Shown here: piece after piece, positions 25,291-38,784 of the stretch
How positions within the stretch are numbered: the first letter of the stretch is position 1
How the letters are laid out: every line of letters begins with the position of its first letter
Source of the DNA: Camelus dromedarius
Lineage: Eukaryota
Assembly: GCF_036321535.1 (NCBI RefSeq)
Contig: NC_087436.1
Location: forward strand, 39,434,001-39,498,000
Length of the DNA: 64,000 nucleotides
Direction of reading: 5' to 3'
Notes under the pieces: generated by a model
The model's database searches: none
What the model was told of the DNA's origin: nothing
What the model saw: the letters and a program-made list of their open reading frames with translations, nothing else
Position numbers and translations under genes: made by a program

Positions 25291-26484
25291 TGTCACAGTC
25301 AGGGAAAACCTTGGCATCAGAACCCACCTAAGCTGGGTAGTGGTGGGTGATCCTGTTGGCCGAGTCCACCATTCTGTGATCAAATCCTGCTAGGTTTAGG
25401 GTCAAGCATAAGTCAGCTATATGGTCAATTTTGTGTGGTTTTAGAAAATGGCCCCACTGGTTTTTATTTGACCAGTGTGGGATAATAACAACTGAGTTCA
25501 CCAGGATATGATTATCAACTCAATGTGAGCCAGGTTTTATCACATTTCTACAGGAGGAATTAACAGACAACTGATTCCTCCCAACAATACCTTGTAATAA
25601 TTTAGAGCTTCCTGACTGGAAAGGGAAATCACTTTTTCAGTCTCTGGTTGGCGTGGCTGGGCAACTTGCTTGACTGTGCTAGGAACTCCTCTTTGTTGCA
25701 AGTAGCCAAGTGGAACTCAGCCATAGGGGACTGAGGACTTATAGCTAAAGCAGGTATCTGCACGAGAACGCTTTAATGCTTGAGATTCTACCAGAAAGAC
25801 TAATTCATAGATCTGATTTTTTGTCGTGTCATGCCTGTCTGTTCTCCTAAATCTCCTGATTCAAATAGAGATAGCTGATTTGTGGGACGGATGCTACTGT
25901 TTACAGGCTATACTCTTTGAAGTCCATCTGGTGTTTGACGTGAATGTTAATTAAAAAGTTGGCTGAAAGCTGTCCCTTTAAAATTTTTTTGAATGCTGCA
26001 TCTTGATTCGATGTAGCAGGTGTCGAAAAACATTTATTAGTGATAACAGATTTGATAAATTTCCTGGCTGGATTTTAAATATTGAGCTCAATCTGCTTTT
26101 CAGGCTAAGGCAATTATAAAATAGCTTTGACTTGGGGCATTTTCTGACTCTTTACTAGTGTGAAGGTTTTTTTAAAGAAGAAAATTAGATATCCAGTTAC
26201 TATTGCCTTTTACAAGTGATTAACTTGAAATATATATACATACACACACACACACACACACACAGAGTCCATATATACATATATATATAGTCTTTGAGTG
26301 TGTGTGTGTATGAAAGTAATCTTCGTAAACATAATTTGGTTTATAACTGTGAAGGCAAACCTAAATACCCAGCGATAAGGTACTACTCAGAGGTCCCTTC
26401 ATTTGATGAATACTATGCAGCTCTTAAAGTGATAATTGCAAAGATTATATATTAAAAAAATGGAAAAATGCCTCTGACAATGTT

Positions 26485-27001
26485 TTTTGTAAAATTCTTA
26501 TTTTTTATTGAAGTGTAGTTGGTTGACAACGTTAGTTTCAGGTGTACAGCAAAGTGATTGTTATACATATACGTTTATGTATTTATTTTTCAGATTCTTT
26601 TCCGTTACAGCTCATTACAGGACATTGAATATTGTTCCTTGTGCTATACAATAGGTCCTTGTTGTTTATCTGTGTTGTGTATAGTAATGTGTATCTATTA
26701 ATCCCAAACTCCTAATCTTAGCCCTACCTCCCTTTTCCCCCCTGGTAACCACAGTTTGTTTTCTGTGTCCATGAGAGTCTGTTTCTGGTCTGTAAATAAA
26801 ATTTATATCTTTTTTTTTTTTAGATTCCACATATAAGTGACATCATATGATATTTGTTTTTCTCTGTCTCATTTGCTTCACTTAATATGATAATCTCTAG
26901 GTCCATCCATGTTGCTGCAAATAACATTTCTTTTTTTATGGCTGAGTAATATTCCTTTGTGTATATATGTATACACACCACGTCTTCTTTATTCAGTCAT
27001 C
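26485..27001 (-). mobile_element. 5'-truncated L1 3' end, antisense in intron 1
   Basis: TTTATTGAAGTGTAGTT...TAGATTCCACATATAAGTGA...GGTCCATCCATGTTGCTGCAAAT. Degenerate TSD TG(C/T)CT(C/A)TGACAAT(G/A)TT at 26469-26484 and 27002-27017. Confidence 0.9.
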
Positions 27002-27642
27002 TGTCTATGACAATATTAAAGGAGAAAAGATGGATGCAAAATTTATATACATTACAACTAACTGTGAAAATAAAGATAGCTGTGAAAAATTTGGAAGAGA
27101 AAGCAAATGATAATTATGATTGTGGTATGAGTGTGGCTTGTTTTGTTAGGGTGGTTTTGATGGCAAAGAATAGAAAACTCAATTCAAAATAACTGAAGAA
27201 ATAAGGTGATTTATTGTTCATATTACAAGAAATCAGTCTTCAGCATGGCACAGCACAGCTCTATTTCTCTGCAACTTTCTTGATTCCTTTATTCTCAAAG
27301 TGTGGCTTTTATCCTTAGGCTAATGGTTACTCTGGGTTTCATATGGAGCTAGAACAACTTGAAGAAGAGAGACAGGGCTCTCTCTTCATGTATGTCCCAT
27401 TGAAATAGCAAGGAGACCTTCCCAGAATTCCCCTACAGATGTCCTCTCGCATTTCATCAGCCAAACCTGGATCACATGTTCCTGCTTGGCACTCTCTGGA
27501 AGGGAAAATACAATTACTACGCTTGCCTAGATTAGTGTTGACTTCTGAACACATGGGGATTCTCCTTTCAGGGAGAAGCAGGTGGTTATTGAGGAGAACC
27601 AACAGAGTCTGCTAAGAAGTGTGGTTGAGATTTGTCCTTATA

Positions 27643-28064
27643 CAGGTATCCTCCACTTTTTGAAAGTTTGCTTTATGTCACCTCACTTTTACATAAGACC
27701 TCATTAGAACCTGTTTTTGTTAACCAAGAGAGATCCAAAGGGAATTTTTGCTTTTACGAAAAAAGGTGAAAACTGAAAAGAGCATTCAGTGTTTGTTTTG
27801 CAGTGAGCCATTACAGAAGCAGTGTGTACCCTGAGCAGTGAGAGTAGCACCGCCAAGCTTCTTCTCCAGGAGCTACATGCAGCATCTCAGCATCAGTCCC
27901 CATAGCTTTGAATTGTGTCTGTGAACATCTGGCTTTATCTTGATTTATTTTGTGCATCTGTTAGCAGATGTGTCCTAAGGTTAATTGCTTCTTTGCTTTA
28001 TGCCAGTTTGGCTTACAAAAGGTTTCATAGGAACACTCTCTTTCGGATAGCAGGGTAAAACCTA
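27643..28064. mobile_element. Tigger1-derived MITE (artiodactyl Tigger1a-like)
   Basis: TA|CAGGTATCCTCCACTTTTTGAAAGT...TTTCGGATAGCAGGGTAAAACCTA|TA imperfect TIRs with TA target sites. Confidence 0.75.
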
Positions 28065-28072
28065 TACTGGGG

Positions 28073-28477
28073 AGATGGCCAACAGGCACATGAAAAGATG
28101 CTCAATATTGCTAATTATTAGAGAAATGCAGATCAGAACTACAATGAGGTATCACTTCACACCAGTCAGAATGGCCATCATTAAAAAGTCTACAAATAAA
28201 TGGTAGAGAGAGTGTGAAGAAGAGGGAAACTTCCTACACTGTTGGTGAGAATGTAAATTGGTGCAGCCACTATAGTGGACAGTATGGAGATTCCTTAAAA
28301 AATTAAAAATAAAGTTACTATAGTATCCTGCAATCCCACTCCTGGACATATATCTGGAGAACCTCCAAGTGGAAAAGATAGATGCACCTCAATGTTCATA
28401 GCAGCACTATTTGCAATAGCCAAGACATGGAGGCAACCTAAATGTCCATTGACAGATGACTGGATAAAGAAGATGTG

Positions 28478-28523
<46 letters not shown>

Positions 28524-28995
28524 TGAAATACTACTCAGCCATAAAAAAGAATGAAATAATGCCATTTGCAGCAACATGGATGGACCTAGAGATTATCATA
28601 TTAAGTGAAGTAAGTCAGATAGAGAAAGATAAGTATATGCTATCACTTATATGTGGAATCTAAAAAAATGATAAAATGAACTTATTTACAGGACACAAAT
28701 AGACTCACAGACATAGAAAACAAACTTATGGTTACAAAACAGGAAAGGGGGTAAGTAAGAGAGGTATAAATTAGGAGTCTGGGATTAGCAGATACAAACT
28801 GCTATATATAAAATAGATAAACAACAAGGACCTACTGTATAGCACCAGGGGCTGTATTCAATACCTTGTAATAACCTAAATGGAAGATAATTTGAAAAAG
28901 AATATATATATGTATAACTGAATCACTTTGCTGTTCACCTGAAACTAGCACTATATTGTAAATTAACCATACTTCAATAAAAAAGAAAAAAAATA
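28073..28995 (+). mobile_element. L1 ORF2 C-terminus + 3' UTR + poly-A, with internal (TG)21 at 28481-28522
   Basis: CAGAATGGCCATCATTAAAAAGTCTACAAA... and [31 protein letters not shown]-tail at ~28976-28994. Confidence 0.92.
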
Positions 28996-31196
28996 TGCAT
29001 TGGGAAAACATAATGCAGTTAAAAATAGCTATAAGTACTTAAAAATTATGCTGTGAAATGCTTCATTCATTGTTTTAGCCATATGTAAATGAGTAACATT
29101 TAGACATTGATTTGATCAGTGAAACATATTTACTTGTTTTAAGATGCTATTTGCTGTTCTAGCAATTTATGTCTGAAACGAGTAATTCCATTGTTAAGAA
29201 TATGAAAGTTAGTTCACTTGTTGGGTAAACATAGTTTAATTCTAATTTTTAACTTTTTACCCCCTGAATTAACCCATAAAGAAAGCAGTTCTCTGAAGCC
29301 TCCCCCTTTAGTCTGCATAGATGACAGGCACTCAGTTGTGCACTATACGAACAATTGTAGGCTGCCTTCTAAATGGTTGACATGCTGTTGTTAAAAAATC
29401 AGAAAATGTTGACTTTTGCCTCTTTTGCATCTTATTTTTCCAGAGCAGTCTCCTTCTCTCACTCCTCCTTCTTCCTACAAATCAGCATAACAGTATTAAT
29501 AAAAAATTTATTGTTTGCAAAGCACTGAGGTAATGAGGTTTTCCCCCCTACAAGCCACACATGTACATTCAGTCTCATACTTTTTATTAGGATCATCAGA
29601 GGGACACAAAGAGAGGGAAATGCTGATTCTTGTAGCAGGGCAAGGGTAGATATCATTAAACATTTACTTAGTTCATACTGGGAGCAGAATTTACAAAAAT
29701 AAAAAAAGACATCACCTGTGTTGTCGTCTGATTGAGGACACCCACTCTCTAGCTGAGATATCAGAAGAATATTAAGCATTTTTATTACCTTTCCTGTGAT
29801 ATGTACTCTGGGAGACAGAGAAGGAGGTTATCATTAAGTACAGTTTAATTTTGTCATTCAGTGCTGTACAATGAAATTACAATGTAATATCCATGCCATT
29901 TGTTTATGTGTGAATAGTTCAGAGACAAACAATTTGTGAAATTTTCTGCTAGAGTTATGTATATGCAAGTATTGTTAGTATACCATAACTTAACTATGCA
30001 TAGAGCCTTCTTCTTTTGCATAATATTGTATAATGTTCTAATCCCAGGATAATCGATGAGATTTATAAATTTCTAATAAGCCCAATGTAAATGTGTAGAA
30101 TCACTTATTCAGAGGATACTTTCTCATTTTGAGCTAGACCAATTCATAATTTTTTTCTCAGTACTAAAGGTATCTACATGAATAATAAATGAACAGTTAT
30201 ATGAATTATAGATGTGAACTAATGGGGGCAAATATAGTTCAGTTGGATATCAGTTCAGGAGAAAGCTCCATATGTTAAAAGATGCTTTGATTTCATTTTG
30301 ACATGGGATGGTTTGAATAAAATCTATAATTTCACAATGTTAAACTGGTTTCAGTTATGGGTAAATATAATCATAGACAAAAATAGAATACCTTAGTACT
30401 GTCACATACGGTATAGGAAAAAAATAACATCAAAATGAACATAGCCTCCCCTACTGTACTTGAAAAATTCAACTAACAGCTTCCCAATTCAGTTGTTTTT
30501 AGGAATTGCGAATTTTTTTTGCCATATTTTGTAATTAAAATAGGAAATGATCATTTATTTTCCCAGTGTTGCCTTTGGTATAAGATATAAGATTACATTT
30601 AAGTCCTTTGTCAAATATGTGTACTAAATTGTCCAACATGTAATGGCCTCTTTCTATTCTTCTAAATAGCTCATAAACTGAAATTTCTGCATCACTTTCA
30701 GCTTTAAGCATACTTTTTGTCAAGGATCGGAACAATAGCTTACTATCACCAGCACAGGCGTTTCTGACTCCACCAGCATGATAGAAATGACTAAAATTAA
30801 TTATTTTGTGCCTTTGTGAAGTTCCATAATCGATGAGAAAGGGTTTGTGTGATAACATCAATTTTCTTTTGCTCATTTATCAAATTGCAATTTTAAAAGA
30901 TTTTAAAAATATTTATTATTAATTCTATTCAGAAAACACTGCTAGTATGGGCCTTTGTTTTTGCTGTTTTTCTTTCCTCTTCAAATGAGAGAATGCTATT
31001 CTGTAAGTGTATTTTAAGAAGTTAACTACATAGGCGTATCTTTTCATTTGGCTTATTTTGGAATGAGCTGTATTTAGAGAACAAAGATAGCTGACCTATG
31101 TTTCCTTTCCTAATACTTCTTTTAGGCCTCCTTGAAGTATGCTGTATAAAAAGGGAGGTTTTGCCAGCTGTCCAAGGAGGGGTAATACCATAATAT

Positions 31197-31622
31197 CTCT
31201 ATTAGTTTACTAGGTAAACTGTAATGAGTACCACAAACTGATGGCTTAAGCAACAGAAACTTACTATTTCACAGTTCTGGAGACTAGAAGTCCAAGATTA
31301 AAATGTCAGCAGAGCCATGCATACTCTGCAGGCACTCGGGAAGCGTCTGCTCCAGGGCCCTCTGCTAGCTTCTGATAGTTCCTTGGCTTGTGGGAGTGTA
31401 ACTGCAGTCTTCAGATGGTGTTCTTCATATGTGTGTCTCTGTCCAAATCTGTCCTTTTTATAAGAACATAGTCATATTGGATTACAGCCTGCCCTAATGA
31501 CCTCATCTTGACTTGATCATCTGCAAAGACCCTGTTTTGAAATAAAGTCAGATGTGTTCTTAGGCACTGGAAGTCAGTACCTCCACATCCTTCGGGGGAG
31601 TAGTATTTAACACGTCCCAACA
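31197..31622 (-). mobile_element. MaLR LTR (MLT1B/C-like)
   Basis: TACCACAAACTGATGGCTTAAGCAACAGAAA...CACAGTTCTGGAGACTAGAAGTCCAAGAT...CCCTAATGACCTCATCTT. Confidence 0.8.
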
Positions 31623-34083
31623 GCCTTAAAAACCTAAACACCAAGGAGACTTGTGAAGAGAATTTTAATCTAGTCAGCTGTCCTCTAGACTACTTTGGAT
31701 TGATTGAGACTGACAACGTGGTTAAAGAGTAGCCCTCTGGAATGTCTCTTTGTTTTGGGAATTCCTCTTTTTTAGCAGAGTTGTCCATAAAGTGAATTTC
31801 TGTAACAAAAATCTTTTGTTTCTTTTCCTTTATAAAACTGGAGGTATGTTTACATAGAAGAGAAATAATAGTAAACTAAAACGAGAGTAAGTTCAATGTT
31901 TTCGGCAGGGAATTAAGGTTGTAGAATTCTGAGTGTTGTGCATCGGCACACTTTGCCTTTAGGTAGTTGTAATACCAGCAGACTGGTACAGCTGACTGTT
32001 TTAAAAAAAATTTTTTTTGCAACAATTTGTTCCATGAACTCTAGGGGCTTCTCTCCATGACATGCCACCATGCATAGCTTTATCATTCCAGACTTTCTTC
32101 TATTACTGGGTTAGTCTGTAAATTTGTAATGCCTATTGTAGTTGACCTAAAACCTCTGTTTGAGACTTCAAATTTTAAATTATTGTTATTAGCACATTTC
32201 AAATATAGGAATCTGTAGAATAGAATATTTTCCATCAAATTGGCACATGAGAGGCTTGAAGACAGTGCAGCCTGGATTTACTGGGGTGTAGCTGGCAGAT
32301 GTTAGCTGAGACTGTGAAGAACATTGCAAAGTGCTGGGCTGGAGCAGGAATGCGTGAGCGAAGGAGGATGGATCAGTTTTTCACAATAAGAGATTGTGAC
32401 AATGGAACAATATTTGCCAAAGAATTTGGTGTAGAATGTATCTGAAGAACTTTATTGTTAGTGAGATAGCAGTAGAAATGAGTTTACCAGGCTATGACCT
32501 TATGACCTTTGTGGATTGCTTTATTGTTTCATCCCCCCTCCCCCCACATTGAGCTAAGGGTATTGCCTCTTGTAATTATACACCTACAAATTTGTGCAAA
32601 TGTATAGTCTTCCTACAAATTTGTACAGCCCATGGGCCAAATACCCTGGAGGGTCAGCCTCAAATGTAGACCACCAGAAAGCCACTTCTCTCCTGCTGTG
32701 CAGTGTAGAGAAACTCTTCAAGTTTCTTAGCTTCAGCCTGGCTAGTTTGTCATCATGTAGTGTTTGGTAGATTAGCTGCAATATTTCAAGAAGAAAGGTT
32801 AAAACCAACATGGCAGAATGCATAAAGTGGTATCTGAAGTAGTAAAAGATGCTTATTACATCACAGGGTCTTTGCTAGGTTTAGAGACAAGAGGACAGTG
32901 GCAAGGGTGGCAGACGAGGAGATAGTTGGTCATGGCTCTGCAGCTGCTCAGTTGATTGGGTGCCTAGCTTCCTCATCCATGAATTGAAGGAAATGAATTA
33001 CAGTTTTTAAGATTGCAACCATCGCAACCATTCTATGAGAATCAATGAAGCAAGAGCAAAGTAAAACCAAAACCAAACAAAAACTACTGCCTATCTTAAA
33101 TATATGTAGTATGAATTGTGTGTTCATGTTTTATTGTTTTGGGCATATTATCAGGCTGATAATTTTTAAAAAGCTCTTTCAAAAATCACTAGAAGAATTG
33201 TGAACTTTGTGGAATTATGTACCAATAAGAAATACTCTTGAGTTCAAGGTAGATGATTACTCAGAATATTTTAGAGATGTTTATGGCCTTAAGGAAAGGA
33301 TAAACTATGTGGAGGAGCACTACTAGGGTGGGTGTGCTTTGGGGAGGCTGGGGTTGGGAATGGATTCTGACAGAGAATGCATTAGTCATTGACATGCAAA
33401 TTGCTCTTCCCGAATTGCAAATATTTGTATTCATTTGTTAAAGGAAAATTGGCTGAGCATTCCACATTTCTTGCCACATAGCAGATACAGCTAAATGAAG
33501 CCAGGCTTTCACAGCATGTTTGGAGCATCTGAGAAATGATGGTGGAACTGATAGCTGACCTGGAAACTATTTCTAGCGCTATCATTTTCACTATAATGAT
33601 GTTATGGTAACAATTATACCTTATGCAGAGTTTTCTCCATCTCATTTGGAGATGCCTTATTCATTTCAATAATACACATGCATCATTTCTTCTTGACCAG
33701 TTCTTAGTGAGTTAGGCGTATTTTACATTTTATTATGATTATTTAACATGCATAAGTAGAGTTCCAGTTTGTTTTCTAGAACTTTCTTCCAGCCTTTTGA
33801 CATGAATAATTTGGTGGTGGAGAGAGGATTAATAAACAGATAATAGATTAAATCTTATTTCAAATAACGTTTTTTTGAACTGACCAAATGAAATCCTTGA
33901 ATTGAAATAGACTGCTGGCACTTGTAATGTGCATAATATTATGTGGGTCTCTATAGAAGACATTTGTGATTAAAAAATCCTTAAAGTTCAGGTAAACTCT
34001 TTAGACATATGTTCTACAGTTAACACTTTTCACTGAGCTAAACAGGGCTTTCTCTTGCTTGGTCTGAATTAAAGAAGTTTAAA

Positions 34084-34213
34084 GGAGGAGGGACAGCTAA
34101 GTGGTTATAGCACATGCTTAGCATGAACAAGGTCCTGGGTTCAATCCCTGGTTCCTCCACCAAAAGAAATAACTAGATAAACCTAATTACCTTCCCCTTA
34201 AAAAATATAAAAA
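34084..34213 (+). mobile_element. tRNA-derived SINE (Vic-1-like)
   Basis: GCTTAGCATGAACAAGGTCCTGGGTTCAATCCC. TSD AAAGAAGTTTA at 34071-34081 and 34214-34224. Confidence 0.85.
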
Positions 34214-34754
34214 AAAGAAGTTTAGAATATATGAATGACATTTAGGTTGTCTGCCATATGAATGACCCAAGCCCATGTGCTCTCTAGAAAAATTAGGATT
34301 TGGCAGTGCAATGTTTGCCTTCATTTATTATTGCTTTTTGTTTGAATTAAATGACACTTTGTATTTTCATAAGAAATAGGATATGTTTTTCTTAAGTACT
34401 TACATTTTTTAAGGATGATGATGTGGAAAATAATAGTGGTAGATGACTAGGCTAGTGCAAATGAAATTTGTGATGAATTGTGAATCTAATATTTTTTGAA
34501 AGTTATTGTAAAGCCATACATAATGAGTTTGAAATATGCTAAACATGCCAGAAATTTCTGGTAGAATTTAATTTCTCAATTTCTTTACATATGAAATAAA
34601 GGCCATCCTAAGTGACTTTTCACAAAATTTTGTGAAATTCTTAAGTAGTCCGAGTTTGACTCTATCTCTGCTGGTATCCCACTTGCTGCCCCTCAGGACC
34701 CGCCCTGCAAACCAGTGCCAATGAGAAGAGACAGTAAGCCTTTGATCCACATTT

Positions 34755-34870
34755 TTAAAAAATGGAAATATATTTCACAAACAACATTATGTTAGTTTCA
34801 GATATACTGCATAGTGATTTGACATCTGCATGCATTATGAAATGATCACCACGATAAGCCTAAGTAACCA
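34755..34870 (-). mobile_element. Short L1 3' end
   Basis: ACATTATGTTAGTTTCAG...ATAGTGATTTGACAT...GAAATGATCACCAC, flanked by CTT(T/C)GATCCACA direct repeats. Confidence 0.7.
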
Positions 34871-35679
34871 CTTCGATCCACACTTAAGGGATAAGACTTA
34901 AAATATTATTTTTCCTAGGGGTGCTTGAATTTTAATTTTGACTCTTTTAAGACTGAAAAGAATGACTCAAATAGTGGACTGTGGAGCAGCTAAATGGTGA
35001 TGATATGTAAAGAGAAGTAAAGGTTCTTTCAGGGGCATTCGATTACACCAAAGCACTCTACTGAGTGGCGGTTTCCCTGAGACTAATATCAGGCAGTGTC
35101 TTTAAACACTTAACCCCTCTCTGAAATGATAGGTATAATCTTTCGAATTGTCATGACTATTGTTTGAGGCTAAAAGGGGGAAAGCATTTTATTCTTCATT
35201 AGTGGAAGAACCAGTCAGTTAGAAGGAAGGTATAATAACCAGTAACAGCTAATTTATAAGCAGAGCATTGAATTGTGTTTGTGTTTTTTATCTATGACCT
35301 CATGTGAAGATGGAGAGTGATGCATAAATGATAAGAACTTCCTTTGTGATGTGATCTTGTATTTGGGATGCAACATTAGACATTAGTCATACTCTTACAC
35401 TTTTCCCCTTTGAAAATTACAATTGGACTTTTTATTTGCCTAGATAAAACAAAGTATCATTAGCAGTGATATCAGAATGTTAATTACCAAATAAAAAAAA
35501 GAGCCTGCTAAATCCTCATTGAAAGAAAGACACACTTTCTGTGAACGGTGGAGGCCAAATCTGGATCTGACTGGACCTCTCGCCACTTCAGTGGAAAAAT
35601 CATGTTACCCAAGGACTGGTTCAGTGTATTCAAAGGATTATTTCCTATTAAAGGATTTTGGGATTCTTTTCCACTTCAG

Positions 35680-35818
35680 GGTCAGTACGACTTCGCGGTG
35701 GCAAAAACGAGTTTGAAGGCACAGTGGAAGTCTATGCAAATGGAGTTTGGGGCTTAGTCTGCAGCAGCCACTGGGATGATTCTGATGCATCGGTCATTTG
35801 TCACCAGCTGCAGCTGGG
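35680..35818 (+). CDS. PRSS12: Neurotrypsin exon 2 (SRCR1 N-half)
   Basis: Acceptor ccacttcag|; (G)[46 protein letters not shown]; donor GG|GTGAGT. 139 nt, phase 1-2. Not captured by the ORF track. Confidence 0.95.
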
Positions 35819-36166
35819 GTGAGTTCCCCCAACCTTGACCAAATCAGTCTGCTAATATCAGAGAGCAATGCTGTTTCCATCATTAAGGTGGAGAGGTTAC
35901 ATCTTCCTTCCTCATTCTCACTTCCCTCACTCTCTGCTCTGCAGAGTTGTAAAGGAAGAGCCCCTAATGGAAGGAGTGAGTTCTTTTACATATACGTGCA
36001 CTTTACTACCTTTGCTGACTAAGAAATGGGCAGATGCTAAGTGGTCAAAAGTTAAAATCATCTTTTGGTCTTTGACTTTAACAAAATAATTGTTTAGTGC
36101 TAGGAAGCAAGAATTGTAATTTCTCAGTAGCCCTTGCAGCCTGAGGTTGCTTGGAATTTTTCTACC

Positions 36167-36638
36167 TGTTGACTGAAAAAATAGTGCACAGTGTGAGATC
36201 TGGGAGTTAAGTAAGGTTTTGTTTAGGGCCAGATGAGAACCATGGTCTGGGAGACAGCCTCTCAGATAGCTCTGAGAAACTGCTCTGAGCAGGTGGTGGG
36301 GGGAGGTCGGTGTGCATATGATTTTAGTGAAGGGGGTACATGCAGTCAAGCACACATTCTGGCAGAAGGTTGCTGCTAGTCACGAGGAGCAGATGTCACC
36401 ACTAATGATTTTAGTGCTTTTCTAGATATGAGAAGATAGGAAAAATTAGGCTCATAAAATATCCTGAAAATACCTAACGATCTGAAGGCCTGTTCTTCCA
36501 GTTTTCCCAGAGCACCAGATGCCTCATTCCTGATCTCTGTCCTGACTCCTTTCGGGGTGTGTTGGAGGTCTGCGGCTGCGGTGGCTCATGACTTCATTCT
36601 TGTAGAACCAGATGACGAGTGACAATTTTCAGTTGGCA
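36167..36638 (-). mobile_element. Solo ERV1 LTR, MER41-like
   Basis: TGTTGACTGAAAA...TTTTCAGTTGGCA inverted termini with short ACC flanking repeat. Internal GACAGCCTCTCAGATAGCTCTGAG and GATTTTAGTGCTTTTCTAGATATGAGAAGAT recognised. Confidence 0.8.
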
Positions 36639-37392
36639 ACCTTGAGCCACGCACACATTCCGTTTCTGTGTGTGTGCAGGAAGCGATGTTCACCTGTGCT
36701 CTTGTCCTGTGCCGGGTGAGGGGTGGTGCAGGTTTCTGCGCTGAGGAGATCCTGTGAGAGACGGCAGCTCCCCTCAGCTCCAGCAGCGTCCCCCATCCTG
36801 AGACGCCGCAGGCTTTTCCAAGACCCTAGACACTCTCCTTAAAACAGATCCATGTACGCTGACTTCCACTAGGCCCTACACCTTTGTGCCTCGTGCCAAG
36901 GGGCTTCACCACGAGCGGAAGTTTCCATTTTGGAACAAAAGGGCTTATTTTTGTTGTTATTCTTACTGTTCTGTTTTCGTGTCTCATTGATTTTTTTCTA
37001 AGTAGACATGCCATCTGTTTTTCCTGGCCTTTTATCACCAGAGATCTTTAGAAAGCATGGAAAATTCTTGTTATGAAAAATGCGGGTCAAAAATACTGAA
37101 AGAAAGATTTGCAATTTATAAATATTTTGGATTAATAATCAGTATCTAAAGTGATGACACAAATGAAAAGGTTAGTCAACTCCAGTCAAATCAGTAAGGA
37201 TTTTAATTTGCCAGCTTCCTGTCTTCCCACTGGGAAAGTGGGAAATGAGTATTTAGAAAAGATAAACCTTGAGGGCATTAGTTTTGTTCAGACTTTTGAT
37301 GCTATTAGAGCAGCAAATAGGGATAATGTACTTAATTAACTAATTTTTAAGAATGAGGTTTGGAATAAATCAGATAAAAGAAGGAGTAAGGC

Positions 37393-37567
37393 ATATATAA
37401 AATAGACAAACAACAAGGACCTACTATAACAGGGGACTATATTCAATTTCCTTTAATAACTGATAGTGGAAAAGAATCTGAAAAAGAATATGTATGTATA
37501 TCTGAATCACTTTGCTGTACACCTGAAACTAACACATCATTATAAATCAACTATACTTCAATAGAAA
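37393..37567 (+). mobile_element. 5'-truncated L1 3' UTR
   Basis: GAATCACTTTGCTGTACACCTGAAACTAACAC...CAACTATACTTCAATA. Perfect TSD AAGGAGTAAGGC at 37381-37392 and 37568-37579. Confidence 0.9.
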
Positions 37568-38784
37568 AAGGAGTAAGGCGGGAGCCTATAAAGTGTTGTG
37601 GTATTTAGGTTGTTAATTACTGATTTTTATCAATGAGTGTTTTGTCTGGCAAGCAGTCATTAGCAGGTGGGCAGGTCACGAGGTATGCTGGCTTGATGCC
37701 TTTTCTTTTGAGGGCCTGAAGACGGAACACATTTGTAGGCTGTACATATCTACTCGTGCTTGTATTACCTCTGAAAACCAGGGAAGAAAAAAGTTTCCTG
37801 TGAGAGTCTGACATAAGAAAACAAGAACACAGTGATGGAGATGTGAACCACAGCAGTAGGTTACTACTCTCTTGATTGATGGAAGAACCTAAACTATCTT
37901 TCTGCAAATATACACTTTAGATATAAGCCACTCTGATTGCTTCATTGCTTCTGTCATCTCTTAGTAACCCATTTAAAAAAAAAAAAGAATTACACAATAA
38001 GAGCAAAATAACCCAGTTTTATTGCTGTTAAGACATATTCAAATTTTAGATATTTCCCAAATAGTTACTGTTTGGTTAATGGAAGCTGTTGCATGGAGAT
38101 AATTCTAGAGATTACCATGTTATTCAGATAAACATTGAATCTTTTAACATTTAGTGCCAATTTGTGCATATCAGAGGTTAAAATATGTAGATTAGATGAG
38201 TTATTATTTTATTAATTGGTTTCAAAGTCTTTCTAGCAAATACTATATAGCAGGTTTTAAAAATGTGAATGGGTTGCCTCCATTGCTATTATCCTGATTA
38301 GATGTAGTAATAATAATCATTGTGAAAATGCTAGCCTAAAATATTGGAGAAGGAAAGAATCTTCAAGCCTCTAGACTTCTCTTTTTAAATATTAGGAGAC
38401 AGTGCTTAGAGAGACTTTAGAGTGATCTGCAGCTGAGTTTAGACTGGAATTCAAGTCCCACTGGGCCACAGGACATGCTTCTTCCACAGAGCCACTCATG
38501 CTCCCTCTTTCTATCTGCAGTATTTGCCCATTTCTTCTAAAATCAGCCATAGATAGTAAAGGAACATGTCTACCATTAGTTATTCAAGATTAATTAAAAA
38601 GATTGCCATAGGTAATCAACCCAAGTTCTGATCTGATGTTTCGATATCCTTGGAACTTACATAGCCCATTATGTTTTTCTTTTTCTTCCATGTCCATCTT
38701 TATTTCTTCCATTTAAAAATCCTTGTGCTTTGATAACAATTCACCTACTTTTGATAAACCTAACCTCAGTCACTGTTCTTCCAG

